Source: Hypanus sabinus (lineage: Eukaryota). Taken from it: a stretch of DNA of 64,000 nt. The position numbers and the translations under genes are program-made. The DNA is taken from assembly GCF_030144855.1 (NCBI RefSeq), contig NC_082736.1:6448001-6512000 (forward strand), in the 5' to 3' direction. The notes below the pieces were generated by a model, which was not told where the DNA came from, did no database searches, and saw nothing but the letters and a program-made list of their open reading frames with translations. Below, in pieces: positions 36,800 to 49,299 of the stretch. Position 1 is the first letter of the stretch, and each line of letters begins with the position of its first letter.

Positions 36800-39700
36800 C
36801 CCTTCTCACTGATCGGCTGGAACATTCTCATCAAAGTGTATGTGACATTAGAGAGACTGATAAAATAATCACAGGCATTGATACGGTCAATAGTGAATCT
36901 GTGATCTCCAGAGTCATGGAGTTGGAAGCTAGAGATTACAGGTATAAAGTGCGAGAGGAAAGATTTAACTGGGACCCTGAGGAGCAGGTTTTGTTCACAG
37001 AATGTGCTGTTTACATGGAACAAACTACCTCCAGTGATGGTATAGAGAGGCACAGTTGCCAAATCTCTTGGACTGTGGGGAGGGAAGTTTCACAGGGACA
37101 TGGGCCAAATTCAGGTTGGTCAGCATGGATGTGTTGGGCTGAAGGGCCTGTTTCTGTGCGGCATAACTCAGTGACAACATCTGTTGCTGTGGCAGAGCAG
37201 GAGGGACAGGGTCAGTAGTGAGAAGGTTTGAGGGATGTCGATAGGAGAGTGAATAATTGAGGATGGGGCAGAAGGAACAGAATGTGGGGAAATGTGAGAT
37301 CACCCAATCCCAGGAACAAACTGTAAGAGTTATTTCCACATGGGAATGTTCAGAGGGACCTGGGTGTCACTTGAGTTAACATGCAGAAACTACAAGTAAT
37401 GAGAGAGGCAAACAGTATTTTGTCCTGTGATCCAGGAGGAGTGGAGAAGAGGGGTACAGATGTCTCACTGGATTCTATAGGGCCCTGGTGAGAGCACACC
37501 TTGAATGTAGTGTCCGGGTTTGGTCACACTTCCTCAGGAAGGATATCCCTGCAATAGAGGGAGTTCAGTGACTGTTCCCCACACTGACTGGGCTGGTTCC
37601 AGGGATAGAGGGTTGGTTATGTGAAAGGAGAGTGAGTGGGCTGGGTCAGTATTCCTGCAGTTAATGGGAAAACAAGGATATCTGTTAGATTTTTTCTGGA
37701 TGTGACTGGCAGTAGGCAAGGAGGATCTTTCCCCTGAATGAGATCTCCATAACTGAGGAAAATACCCTCAGAATGAGGCGTAAATCACAAACACCAGAGA
37801 ATCCGCTGATGCTGGAAATACAAAGTAATACACACAAAATGCTGGAGGAACTCAGCAGGACAGGCAGCCTTTATGGAAAAGAGTAAACAGTCAACACATC
37901 GGCCCAAGACCCTTCCATCAGATCTCTCCCTGGTGAAGGTTCTCAGCCTGAAGCATCGACCCGTTACCCTTTCCCATAGATGCTGCCCGGCCTGCGGACT
38001 TCCGCCAGCATCTTGTGTCTGTTGAACAGATTAAGGTGACAAGCATTCAGGATGGAAATGAGATCATATTCCTTTAATCTGAGAACTAGGAACTTCTGTA
38101 TTCCTTATATAAGTAATCTGGAGCCTCAGGTGCTGGGTTGAGTCAAAGCTGAGATCAACAGTCTCTGGGAAAATTTTAGTCTCTAAGTGAGTCCATAAGA
38201 CCATCAGATATAGGAGCAGAATTCGGCCATTTGGCCCATCGAGCCTGCTCTGCCATTTCATCATCACTGATCTATTTTTCTTCTTAGCCCCAATCTCTGC
38301 CTATATCCAGTGATTTATCCTCTACAGTTGCCTGTGGCCAAAAATACCACCGATTCACCACTCTCTGGCTGATGATATCCCTCCTCATCTCCACTCTAAA
38401 AGGATGCCCTTCTATTTTGAAAATGTGTGGTCTGGTTACAGACACTCCCACCACAGGAAAAGTTCTCTCCACATCCACTCACTCAAGCCCTTTCACTATT
38501 CCATAGGTTTCAATTCAGTAACCCTTCTTCCTTCGAATTTCCAGTGAATAGAGGCCTAGTGAAGTGAAATGCTCTTCATTAGACAAGCCATTTAATCCTG
38601 GGTAAAATTCCGTATTTGTGACCTAATGTCAGTACAATAAATTCTGGATTTCAGAGATTTTTGTGTTTTAGAATCATGGATCAATCTGTCCAATATTAAT
38701 CACTAGTTTGTACTGCAGTAAACTCTGTTAATTTAACCCACGCAATCCCAGGCACACAGATGCAAAATAAAGACAGGTGTAAATGTAGGGAAGTTTAACC
38801 GTACTTGGAGCTAAAGCCTGATTACTAGGCCTCAGAACATTCTATTCCTCAAATGGTCAGAATAAAGCCAAGTAACAAGGTCGAAAATACCCACAACTTG
38901 CAGAATTACACATCTGCAACTGTGTGGCTCCACTACACTACCCCATCCACCGTAGCCCCACATAGCTCACCATACTAAACTCTACAGACTTATCTCTCCC
39001 AGCATATATACATCCACCAGGCCGAACCTCAAACCTAATCCAGGGGTCCAAGGGGACACACAGCCCCACAAACACGATGACTAGTGTCAGGAGGAGGAAG
39101 ATCCAATAAAGGCAAGTGTTGGACCTGGTGAATGAAGGCATGGGCCAGATCAAAGCGGCAGCGTTGCGTGACTCTGAATCGAGAGTGACGAGATGAAGAA
39201 GCACAAGAGGGTGATTCTCCTACTGCCTGCATAATCTCTTTGTTATTTTGAATTTGTTCTGATAGTTGAAATATTTGAATATTTTGGTATAATTCATATT
39301 TAATTCCAGAGTTTCTGGTCAATGTTGTGTCTGATGCAATGTGTCTGTGATGCTGCTACAAATTCGTTGTTCCTCTCACCTGCGCATAAATAAACTCGAT
39401 TTGAACTTTGCATTGAAATGTCTAAATCTCTCCTTCCCTCTCCTGCTGCCCTGTGTCATGAAATGAACGTCTCAGTATTTAATTTACAATATTTCATCTG
39501 AATTTATTTTCATTCTGCTTTTGAAAATTGGGTTTCCCTTTGCAATTTCACCCCCGCCTGTCTCTGCCCTTCTGTACTTCCTCCCGCATTAAACGACAGC
39601 GGTAACCGCCACACATTGGCGCCGCTTCCCATCCCCCCGCGTTCCGATTGGTGATTCATTTCTCCAAACAGCCAATGAGAATGCTCAGCATTCCCATCCT

Positions 39701-40150
39701 CATTAACATACCACTTTGGGCGCTGCCTATTTAATCCGCGCTCCGGCCAGCTTCTGCTTATTATTGTGTTTGAAACTGACGAGGAAATGCCTGATGCACC
39801 GAAACCCGCTCCCAAGAAGGGCGCCAAGAAAGCTCTGTCCAAACCGGCGAGCAAGTCTGGCAAGAAGCGCAAGAGGACGAGGAAGGAGACTTACGCCATC
39901 TACATCTACAAAGTGATGAAGCAGGTTCACCCCGATACCGGCATCTCCTCCAAGGCCATGAGCATCATGAATTCATTCGTGAACGATATTTTCGAGCGCA
40001 TCGCGGGTGAGGCTTCCCGCCTGGCCCATTACAACAAGCGGTCCACCATCAGCTCCCGGGAGATCCAGACCGCCGTGCGCCTTCTGCTGCCCGGGGAGCT
40101 GGCCAAGCACGCCGTGTCCGAAGGGACAAAGGCGGTGACCAAGTACACCA
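36800..40150. repeat. Segmental duplication B (H2B plus about 3 kb upstream), inverted copy of 53360-58130
   Basis: Shared ORF-track peptides (37534-37719 vs 55969-56154; 38938-39204 vs 54267-54536), a shared H2B promoter and shared TE junctions. Confidence 0.93.
39600..39740 (+). promoter_or_regulatory. H2B promoter
   Basis: Several CCAAT/ATTGG boxes, octamer variant attaacat (39702-39709) and tatttaa (39728-39734). Confidence 0.8.
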
Positions 40151-40161
40151 GCTCCAAGTAA
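39787..40161 (+). CDS. H2B: Histone H2B (124 aa)
   Basis: ATG at 39787; [12 protein letters not shown]...AVTKYTSSK, intact histone fold. Confidence 0.98.
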   Translation: MPDAPKPAPKKGAKKALSKPASKSGKKRKRTRKETYAIYIYKVMKQVHPDTGISSKAMSIMNSFVNDIFERIAGEASRLAHYNKRSTISSREIQTAVRLLLPGELAKHAVSEGTKAVTKYTSSK

Positions 40162-40192
40162 AGCTGTCCAGTGAGATGATCGAAAACACAAC

Positions 40193-40208
40193 GGCTCTTT
40201 TAAGAGCC
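40193..40208 (+). terminator. Histone 3' stem-loop
   Basis: ggctcttttaagagcc followed by a purine-rich downstream element (ggaagagttg). Confidence 0.95.
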
Positions 40209-40268
40209 ACTCACAATTTCAATGGAAGAGTTGTACTAGCTTTTCGGTAATAAATGACACATACTTTT

Positions 40269-40338
40269 TCTGGTGACTTTTACAAGAGCTAGATCGCGGT
40301 TGTGTCTGGTGACTTTTACAAGAGCTGGATCGCGGTTG
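40269..40338. repeat. 36-bp tandem duplication
   Basis: tctggtgacttttacaagagct(a/g)gatcgcggttg twice. Present once in the paralogous segment near 46240-46276. Confidence 0.88.
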
Positions 40339-40533
40339 GAATAACATCCCACTGAACTGACAAGAAATTGTTACCCCCCCCTCCCCCACTCCCCATCAGT
40401 CCGTCCCGCTCGGTATCCATGCCAAGCAGAGGATTGCTGCCGTTTTATTTGTGGGTTCGGGGTTTATTGGTTCCAGCTGGATCCTGAATCTCTTTTCAAC
40501 TCGAGCCTGAAAGACCCCATGACTCTTTCGTAT

Positions 40534-40639
40534 GGAGAAGTGTCGACAGTCCTTCTCTTGTAGATGCTGCCTGGCCTGCTGGGTTCCACCAGCATTTTGT
40601 GTGTTGTTTGAATTTGCCGCCTCTACAGATTTCCTCGTG
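40534..40639 (+). mobile_element. Short Penelope-derived insertion
   Basis: TSD atgactctttcgtat (40519-40533) / atggctctttcatat (40640-40654). Confidence 0.85.
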
Positions 40640-41004
40640 ATGGCTCTTTCATATAATAACTTTATAAAATTGCAGACTAGACGCTGGTCAATGTTTGAGA
40701 AGAACCGTTTTCCATAACCTGATAACGTTCACACAGTGACCGACCGCGGGCAGAAGCTGAGGATCAGTTTTATTCGGTTCCGTTACGGGTTGAAAGAAAT
40801 TAGAGAACTGAGTTCCCAGACACTCCAATATCAACTACACTTAAATCAAATATGCCCGGTTTCAGTAACAGAGGGTAACCGATCTGCAATTATTTAACTG
40901 GAAATTAAATTTGAACAATAGATTTATTTTTGGCGGGCTTTATTCCAGATTTCAATACATTTTGGGGAGGAGACGGTTAATTTCCCCGCTTCTACTTTTA
41001 CGGA

Positions 41005-41125
41005 CTGCTGATTGGTGATTAAGGCAGTTCTTCGATTGGGACATTTGTCTTCACCAATGAGAATAAGCAGGATCACACCAATCACAAACATCACTTTGCA
41101 TTCTCAAAGAGGGTATAAAAAGGGC
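41005..41125 (+). promoter_or_regulatory. H2A promoter
   Basis: Four ATTGG/CCAAT boxes, ctttgcat (41094-41101) and tataaaaa at about 41114. Confidence 0.8.
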
Positions 41126-41142
41126 AAGTAGGGGCGGGGTGA

Positions 41143-41568
<426 letters not shown>

Positions 41569-41598
41569 AGCGACGTAAGCTGAATCTATTTACCTAAA

Positions 41599-41614
41599 GG
41601 CTCTTTTCAGAGCC
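41599..41614 (+). terminator. Histone 3' stem-loop
   Basis: ggctcttttcagagcc. Confidence 0.95.
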
Positions 41615-42349
41615 ACTCACAATGTCTGTGGAAGGGCTGAGCGGCGGGTGCTTTCCGTCCCTTTGATATCCTGCATCTGTCAGTGCCTCGACGTGTTTCT
41701 TCCGCGAAAGAAACCGGAATAAATCTGCACAGAAACCGGTTTGTTTCAGTCCCGGCTCGTTTTCCCCTCTCAGCAGACCGAATGAGCTCTCTCCCCTTGC
41801 AGAGAATCAGCGGGTTCCCTAGGCGCAGAGTCGTGAAATGAACTTCCGGAGTCAGCCCCGGGAGGGAGAATTTAATCTCCGATCACTGAACGACTCGGCT
41901 CTTCATCACCTGGAACCGCGTTGTCTGGGTTCCACATTGCGGGTTGACCCTGGGCCGTTCCGGTGTGCAGAAGGAGGGAACATTGCCTGTTCGTTGCTTC
42001 ATGAGCGATTCCCATCGCCTCACAGAAAAATAACATTTGCGTTTTACATTTCAGAATCAAGTTTATTATCACCGGCATGTGACGTGAAATTTGTTAACTC
42101 AGCCGCAGCAGTTCAATGTCATACATAATCTAGAAGATAATTATAAAATTATTAATTAAAATAAAACATAATAAACAAGTACATCAGTTACGTATATTGA
42201 CTGTTATTTAAAAAAAAGTAAAAAAAAAACAAATACCGTACATTAAAAAAGTGAGTTAGTGTCCATAGTTTTAATGCCCATTTAGGAATCGGATGGCAGA
42301 GGGGAAGAAGCTGTTCCTGAATCGCTGAGTGTGCCTGCAGTCTTCTGTA

Positions 42350-44630
42350 TCTCCTGCCAGTCACTTCTCTCCAAATTCCTGTCTATTTAAGACTTCCCTA
42401 AATACCCCTGTGCTCTCTGCCTCTGACACCACCCCTGACAGTGTACACCAGCAAAATTGTATAAATTTCTGTCAGATCTCTCCTGAGCTGACGCCACTCC
42501 AGAGGAAAAAGCTCCAGCATGTCGAGCCTCTCCTCACCTCACTCCTCCTCCAGACATCCTGCTTAACAACTTCTGCACCTGCACCGAAACCTCCACATGC
42601 TTCCTAGAATGAGGTGACCGGAACTGAACACTGTGCTCTCACTGTGGCCGAACCAGCATTTTATAAACTGTAACATGATGTCCTGGTGATTGAACTCAAT
42701 GCCTTGCCCGGTGAAGGCAAACATGCCGTACACCGGCTTTACCACCCTGTCAACCTGTGCTCCCATTTTCAGGGAACCAATCTGCCCGGACCCAGCATCC
42801 TTCTGTATGTTAATGTTCCTGCCGTTACCTGTGTACCCACGCGTTATGTTGGACGTGCACCCCTGGGTATCCTTTTCACCACAATGAATGTACAGAATGC
42901 AGTGGGATTATCTTTAATCCTGCTCATCAGAGATTTTTCATCACTGTTTCTCACTCTGCAAATGTTCTTGAGTTCCCTTCTGTGTTTTAAATATCATCCT
43001 CAAACCCCCTGTTTGATTCCAGCTTCCTAAGCCTTACATAAGCTTCTCACTCTTCCTCGACTAAATTTACTTCCTCTCTCATCATCCAAGGTTCCTGAAC
43101 CTTGCCATCCTGGACCCTCCCCCTTACAGGAACAAACTGGCCCTGAATCACTGTGCAGCTGTCTTTAAACAAACTCATGTCAGATGACGATTTGCCTCAA
43201 AATCCATCCTTACAGTGTTAAGCATCAAACTTGGCATCAATCTCTCCATTCAGTGACTGGTTCACATCCCCCTGTCAATCTCATTTCAACCCTCCCAGGG
43301 AACAACAATGAACCTCATGATACTGACACCCCCCCCCCCCCCCCCCCCCGTGAAGGTGCAAACCACCCTCCCCCTTGTAAATGTCACCTCTGGACCTGAA
43401 GAGGTTCCAGTGTTCTGGAATCCTGAAACCCTGTCCCTGCACCAGCTCCTCAGCCATACATTCATCTTCTCTAACTTTCTGTTCCCACCCGTACTACCAC
43501 AGAGCATTGGGAGTAACACAAAAATTATAACCTTTCAGGTCCTGCTCTTTAACTTGTTCCCTAACTCTCTATATTCACTGTGGGACCTCATCCCTTTTCT
43601 ACCTGTCCACTGCTACTGACGTGAACCACCACCTTCGGCTGAGTGAACATTGTTCAGTAGCTGCTCTGAGACTTCCCTGACACTCAGTTATATGATTTAC
43701 AAAGCTTTGAAACCGATTAAAAAAGTAATTGAGAGGAAAAAGAAGAAATACGAAGGTTAGCTAGCCATTAGTATTAAAGAGGATACCAGAAGTTTCTTCA
43801 GATATACAAAGAGTAAAAGAGAGGCAAAAGTAGATGATGCTGGAGACGTAGTAATGGGGTACAGGGAAGTGGCAGAGAAGCTGAATAAGCATTGTGCATC
43901 AGTCTTCACTGTGGGAGACACTGGCAGTCTGCTGGAAATTCAGGAGAATCAGGGGGCAGAAATGAGTCAATTGACCTTTACTTTGGAAAAGCTGCTTGGG
44001 AAACTGAAAGATCTGAAGGTAGAAAATCAGCTGGACGGGATTTTCTACACCAGAGCTATGAAAGAGGTGACTGAAGAGATAGAGGTAGTTTTAGTAATAA
44101 TCATTCTATAATCCCTGTATTCTGGTGTGTTCCTGGAGAAGAGGAAAATTGCAAACATTATTCCACTCTTGAAGGAGGGAGAAGGGCAGATGAGAGGAAA
44201 TCATAGGCCAGTCAGTCTGACCTCAGTGGTTGGGAAGATGATGGACTCGATGTATTTTCGGGCTACTTGGCGACACATGATAAAATAGGACAAAGTCAGC
44301 ATCGTTTCCTTTAGGCCCAAGGTGTACAAGATGATGAGAGGCATCGATCGTGTGGATAGTCAGAGGCTTTTTCTCAGGGCTGAACTGGCTGCACAAGAGG
44401 ACACAGGTTAAGGTGCTGTTGAGCATGTACAGAGATGTCAGGGGTAAGTTTTTTACTCAGAGTGGTGAGTGCGTGGAATGGGCTGCCCACAACGGTGGTG
44501 GAGGCAGATACGATAGGGTCTTTTCAGAGACTTTTCGATAGGTAAGCCCAGTGATTCCTAAAGTAAGGACATGTTCGTCACAACATTGTGGGCCGAAAGT
44601 CCTGTTTGGTGCTGTAGGTTTTCTATGCTT
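42350..44630. mobile_element. CR1 fragments (ORF2 and ORF1 on minus, ORF2 on plus)
   Basis: 'EKMNVWLRSWCR' (minus) and 'VAEKLNKHCASVFT' (plus). Confidence 0.75.
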
Positions 44631-44929
44631 CTATTAAATTACTTTGGATTAAAATGTTGACTTTGACAATATTTTTCCGTAACGTTCTTTTTTCATAAAG
44701 GGTTCAGTGATCCAGTTACAACGTTTTTCTATCCTAAATTATAAAAGATTATCCACACAAAAGTAAAAAAGTACAAATATTAAATATTTATACGACCGAA
44801 GAGTCAAATTAAAATGTGAATATTACTGTCTATAACACACTCAATTCCCGTGGGTGGGGGGAGGGATCACTGTTCCCGGAAATGCCCCTCTGTCCCCACT
44901 CTGTTCCAATGCTCGCAATTTCTCAACGT

Positions 44930-45163
44930 CTCCACTGATTGACAGTTGTCTGTGTCCCGCCTCCTGGGCTGTGGGCAACGCGTCACGTGCGCGCATGCCT
45001 AACTGTGACGTGGTGACGTCATAGATGTTACGTCACTGACGTCGTTTCCTGGGGAACGGTCCGGGATGGAGGGCACGGGGTTGTTGTAAAGTGGAGTCGG
45101 TCTCTACTTTGGGTTTCGGCTCCACTGTGGGAATCGGCCTCTCCTCTTCCTGCCCTCGGAACA
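44930..45163 (+). promoter_or_regulatory. CpG-rich promoter and putative first exon of the zinc-finger locus
   Basis: Clustered cacgtg, gcgcatgc (NRF1-like) and tgacgtca (CRE) motifs. Donor gtgagt at 45164 is conserved in the paralog near 24680-24690. Confidence 0.55.
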
Positions 45164-45842
45164 GTGAGTGTCTGTCAGCACCTCACCGCACCGGCTCTCT
45201 GCCTCAGGTACAATATTTAAACCATATTTGCACAGTTACATGGATAGGAAAGGTTGAGAGGGACACGGGCCTAATGCAGGCGGATGGGACGAGTTCAGGT
45301 CGACAACTTGGTCGGCGTGAATGAGTTTTACCAAAGGGACGGTTTCAGTTCTGTATAAATCACTGACTCTATTCTGGGCGGTTCAACCAGGGCAACAGCA
45401 GTCCTCCACTGCAGTGGGGTTTGTTACCTTCATTCTCAGCTGTGAGCTTGTTCCACTGAACCCCTTATCCTCTGAGAAAATACTTGCACCGTTCCATTGT
45501 GACCAAGCTGTCCTCCATCTCTCCTAATACTAACCAGTGTTCTTGATCAAATTCCCATTTTAAAGTCCTGTTACTGGTGAACAGGGAATGGGTGCATTTT
45601 GGTAGCCTTTTGAGGTGTTTGATTCACTATTAACCCTAATGCATTAATACCTTTGTCCAACAAAAATCCATTGTCCTTCGTTCTGAGTGTTTTAGGTAAG
45701 TCCATCCTGAAGTTCTGTGTTCCAGCTTCCCACTGAACTTTCACAGTCTGTGGTTTCTGCATGGCTATACTGACCATCGAGAATCTGTCTCCATTAACTC
45801 AGCACTTGGTCTGTCTCCTACCCTGTCCTGGTGATTCAAATG

Positions 45843-46680
45843 TGAACGTTATCAGGTTATGGAAAACGGATCTTCTGAAACTTTAACCAGCGTCTTGTCT
45901 GCAATTTTATAAAGTTATTATATGAAAGAGCCATCACGAGGAAATCTGCAGCTGCTGGAATTTCAAACACACACAAAATGCTGGTGGAACCCAGCAGGCC
46001 AGGCAGCATCAAGCAGAAGGACTGTCGACGCTTCTCCATATGAAAGAGCCATAATGTCTTTCAGGCTCGAGTTGAAATGAGATTCAGGAGTTACCCAACT
46101 GGAACCAATAAACTCCTGAAGCCACAAGTAAAACAACAACGGCAGCAATCCTCTGCTTGGCATGGATACCGAGTGGGCGGACTGATGGGGAAAGGGGGGG
46201 GGGGGGGGAACAATTCCTTGTCAGTTCAGTGGGAGCTTATTACAATCGCGATTTAGCTCTTGTAAAAGTCACCAGACATAAAGTATGTGTAATTTATTAC
46301 GTAAAAGCTAGTACAACTCTTCCATTGAAATTGTGAGTGGCTCTTAAAAGAGCCGTTGTGTTTTCGATCATCTCACTGGGCAGCTTCACTTGGAGCTGGT
46401 GTACTTGGTCTCCGCCTTTGTCCCTTCGGACACGGCGTGCTTGGCCAGCTCCCCGGGCAGCAGCAGGCGCACAGCGGTCTGGATCTCCCGGGAGCTGATG
46501 GTGGACCGCTTGTTGTAATGGGCCAGGCGAGAAGCCTCACCCGCGATGCGCTCGAAAATATCGTTCACGAATGAATTCATGATGCTCATGGCCTTGGAGG
46601 AGATGCCGGTGTCGGGGTGAACCTGCTTCATCACTTTGTAGATGTAGATGGCGTAAGTCTCCTTCCTCAGCCTCTTACGT
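45843..46680. repeat. Segmental duplication C (H2B 3' part plus downstream flank), inverted copy of about 39880-40732
   Basis: Shared 3' UTR, stem-loop flank and the same Penelope-derived insertion (perfect TSD atatgaaagagccat at 45920-45934 / 46038-46052). Confidence 0.92.
46339..46354 (-). terminator. Histone 3' stem-loop
   Basis: Reverse complement ggctcttttaagagcc. Confidence 0.95.
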
Positions 46681-46760
46681 TTCTTACCTCCCTTACCCGC
46701 AGTTTTGGGCAAAGCTTTCCTGCCGCCCTTCTTCGGAGCGGATTTCCCTGGCTCAGGCAT
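46386..46760 (-). CDS. H2B: Histone H2B with divergent N-tail and a V-to-E change in the C-terminal helix
   Basis: [25 protein letters not shown]...[12 protein letters not shown]. tatttaa and attaacat motifs upstream. Confidence 0.95.
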   Translation of the reverse strand: MPEPGKSAPKKGGRKALPKTAGKGGKKRKRLRKETYAIYIYKVMKQVHPDTGISSKAMSIMNSFVNDIFERIAGEASRLAHYNKRSTISSREIQTAVRLLLPGELAKHAVSEGTKAETKYTSSK

Positions 46761-47927
46761 CTCCTCCGACCGTTTCAGACCCAGAAATAAGCGGAATCGG
46801 CCGGGAGCACGAGTTAAATAGGCAGCACCCAGATCAGTATGTTAATGAAGGATGGGAATGCTTTGGATTCCCAATGGCTATTGGAAGAAAAGATTCTTCA
46901 GTTAATTCATTTCATTGGATATCTGTAGAACATGTTCAAACAATCATGTAACTTCCCTGTAGTCTCTGTGGGAGGGTTTGAATGGGGTGTATTGTGTAGC
47001 AACACTCGGGCTGATGGAATTGAGAATGATTTTGACTGTAGATATGTAACCAGTGTGTCTACAGTGATCAGCGATGGGGCCTTTGTCTGATCAGATTAAA
47101 ATACACACGGGCTGATCAGATCACTGATGACATGAATGTTGGTGCAGTTGTGGGAGGTGAGGAAGGTTATCAAATGGACAGAACTGGATGTAGACCAGTT
47201 GGAAACAGGGACGGAGAAATAGGGGACAGAGTTTAATCTGGACATGTGAGGAGTTTTACAGGTCAAGTGTTGGAGGAAACTCCATAGTAAATGGCAACAC
47301 CCTTAGAAGCGCTGATACACTGAGGGACCTTGCTGTGTCATTACATGAAGTTATTTTTAAACTGTTTTTACATTTCTGTGTTTGGAGGACAATAAATGAG
47401 TTATAGTGTTCCCTAAACAGAAAGTGCCTCATCTCATTTTACTTGTGAAAAACCACAGTAACGTACTGGGTAACAAGTGACCAGGAGCTTTCACACCACA
47501 AGAATACCGCCGTATCAATCTGCAACGAGGAAGCCCGATCACATTCTCTTCAGGTTCAATGGCATTGCTGACTCTGAGTTTACCACCGTCAAATGCCAGC
47601 AGGGTCACAATCAGCAGAAACTCTTACAAAGCAACCCTGTAAGTATTGTGTGTCTTCGGAGGTCTGTGGGACATACCCACAATATGAAGCTTATATTAAT
47701 GGAGAGAAACAAACTGAGCCAAGTCACAGCTTGATGGGCGGAGAGGAAAACAGAATTTGATGTTTTTTCCTTATGTCTGAAATCTGGCTGGTTAGAAGTG
47801 TCGCTCCTCCGAATAGTGTTCAGCCTCACTGGAACAGAGTGACATCAGACATCAACACAAAAACTGAAATAATCTCAGCTAAAAAGTTGTCTTTCACCTG
47901 TTGATCTTCTTTGCAAATATTTCACAG

Positions 47928-48520
47928 GATAGAAAAGGCAAAGAATTTCTGACTGAGAATCTCAAACGCAACGGTGTGTCACGTCTGATGTGTCTGCCAG
48001 TTCCCCAGCATTTGAAGGCTACCCTTCGTTGAATGTGAAGGAGGAGATGGTTGAGAAGACAGCACACCAGTCTGAGCAAGGAGAACCCCAATACACGGAC
48101 ATGTCCTTGATCTGACCTGATAAATGGCCACAGAGTTGATACCATTCACCGCCTCTCATTTTGCCAGGGATTTGCCAGGCCACTGAACCTACAGACACAC
48201 AGCCAGTTCACACGGGGAGAGGCATTTCACCTGCTCTGTGTGCGGGATGGGATTCATTCAGTCACATGAGCCCATACAACACCAGTCAGTTCAAACCAGT
48301 GAGCAGCTAGACTTGGCTCAGTTGTCTCTGTCTCTCAGTGTAGCTTCACACCTGTTCCGAGCGTGGGAAGAGATTCATTCAGTTCACCCACTTTGTGAGG
48401 CTCCAGTGAGTTTATCATACATAGAGGACAAACTTCGGTCTTGTGTCAGCAAAGAAATTTACTCAGTCATCCCACCTGCTGAGACGCTGGCAGCTTCACA
48501 TCAGGGAGGAAGTTGAAATA
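47928..48520 (+). pseudogene. C2H2 zinc-finger pseudogene (last exon)
   Basis: Acceptor ...tttcacag|g at 47927. Decayed fingers 'HTG(E)RHFTCSVCGMGFIQS', 'TCSERGKRFIQFTHF' and 'KKFTQSSHLLRRWQLH' with frameshifts. Confidence 0.85.
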
Positions 48521-48924
48521 AGCTCTAGGTGAACATTTTAACCATCATGGTGACTGAATCTAGTTGGAAGTTCATGTGACACTCTTCATGTAATATTCAG
48601 CAGATACTGTGGCTGTTCATCACTCCCAGGACAGAACCCTGGTTACTGAGCATTGGAGGGTTGTTCTGCTGATGTTAGTCTGAAAATACACAGTCATTAA
48701 TGTTGTGGATCTGTGACAAATTAATCAGCTCTATTTCAAATCTTGTGTCACAGGTGCTTCCTGCCTGTCACACAGCTAATGTACAGTAGAGAGGCCACTC
48801 AGTCCATCTGGTACCTGCTTGTGTTCCTATTCTACACCAGAGCTTTCAAATCCATCCCTGCTGTTCCCCTCTCACTCACCCTATAATATTCAGGCAGCAA
48901 CTGGTCTCTAGTCTGTGAATGCAG

Positions 48925-49210
48925 AGGTTCACTCTGTGAAAGAGATACAGGGCTGGAGAAATGGAGTCTGAGGCGAGAGAACAGAAGGCCATGGAAGAAA
49001 GAAAAGAGGGAAGGAACACCGGAGGGAGGTGATGGGCAGGCAACGAGAGGGAAAAGGGGATGGGGAATGATGAGGGAGGGGAGGCATGACCGGAAGATTA
49101 AGAAATTGATGCTCATGCCATCAGATTGGAGGCTACCCAGATAGAATACAAGGTGTTGTTCCTCCTACCTGAGCGTGGCCTCATCGCGACAGTATAGGAG
49201 GCCATGGATT
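48925..49210 (-). mobile_element. Penelope-like 3' remnant
   Basis: Reverse complement encodes the EEQHLVFYLGSLQSDGMSINF motif followed by a pyrimidine tract. Confidence 0.8.
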
Positions 49211-49299
49211 GTCATTTCCATTGAGTATATTGTTTGTGCAAGCTCGCTGTGTTGAAGTAGCTGGGTGAGTTTTCTGCATTCAAACATTGACTGATTTTG

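Noticed and set aside
39766-39786. N-terminal extensions on histone ORFs (MFETDEE- on two H2B genes, MAVE- on H2A)
   Set aside because: The ORF caller used GTG starts in the 5' UTR. The canonical ATGs are at 39787, 53730 and 41185
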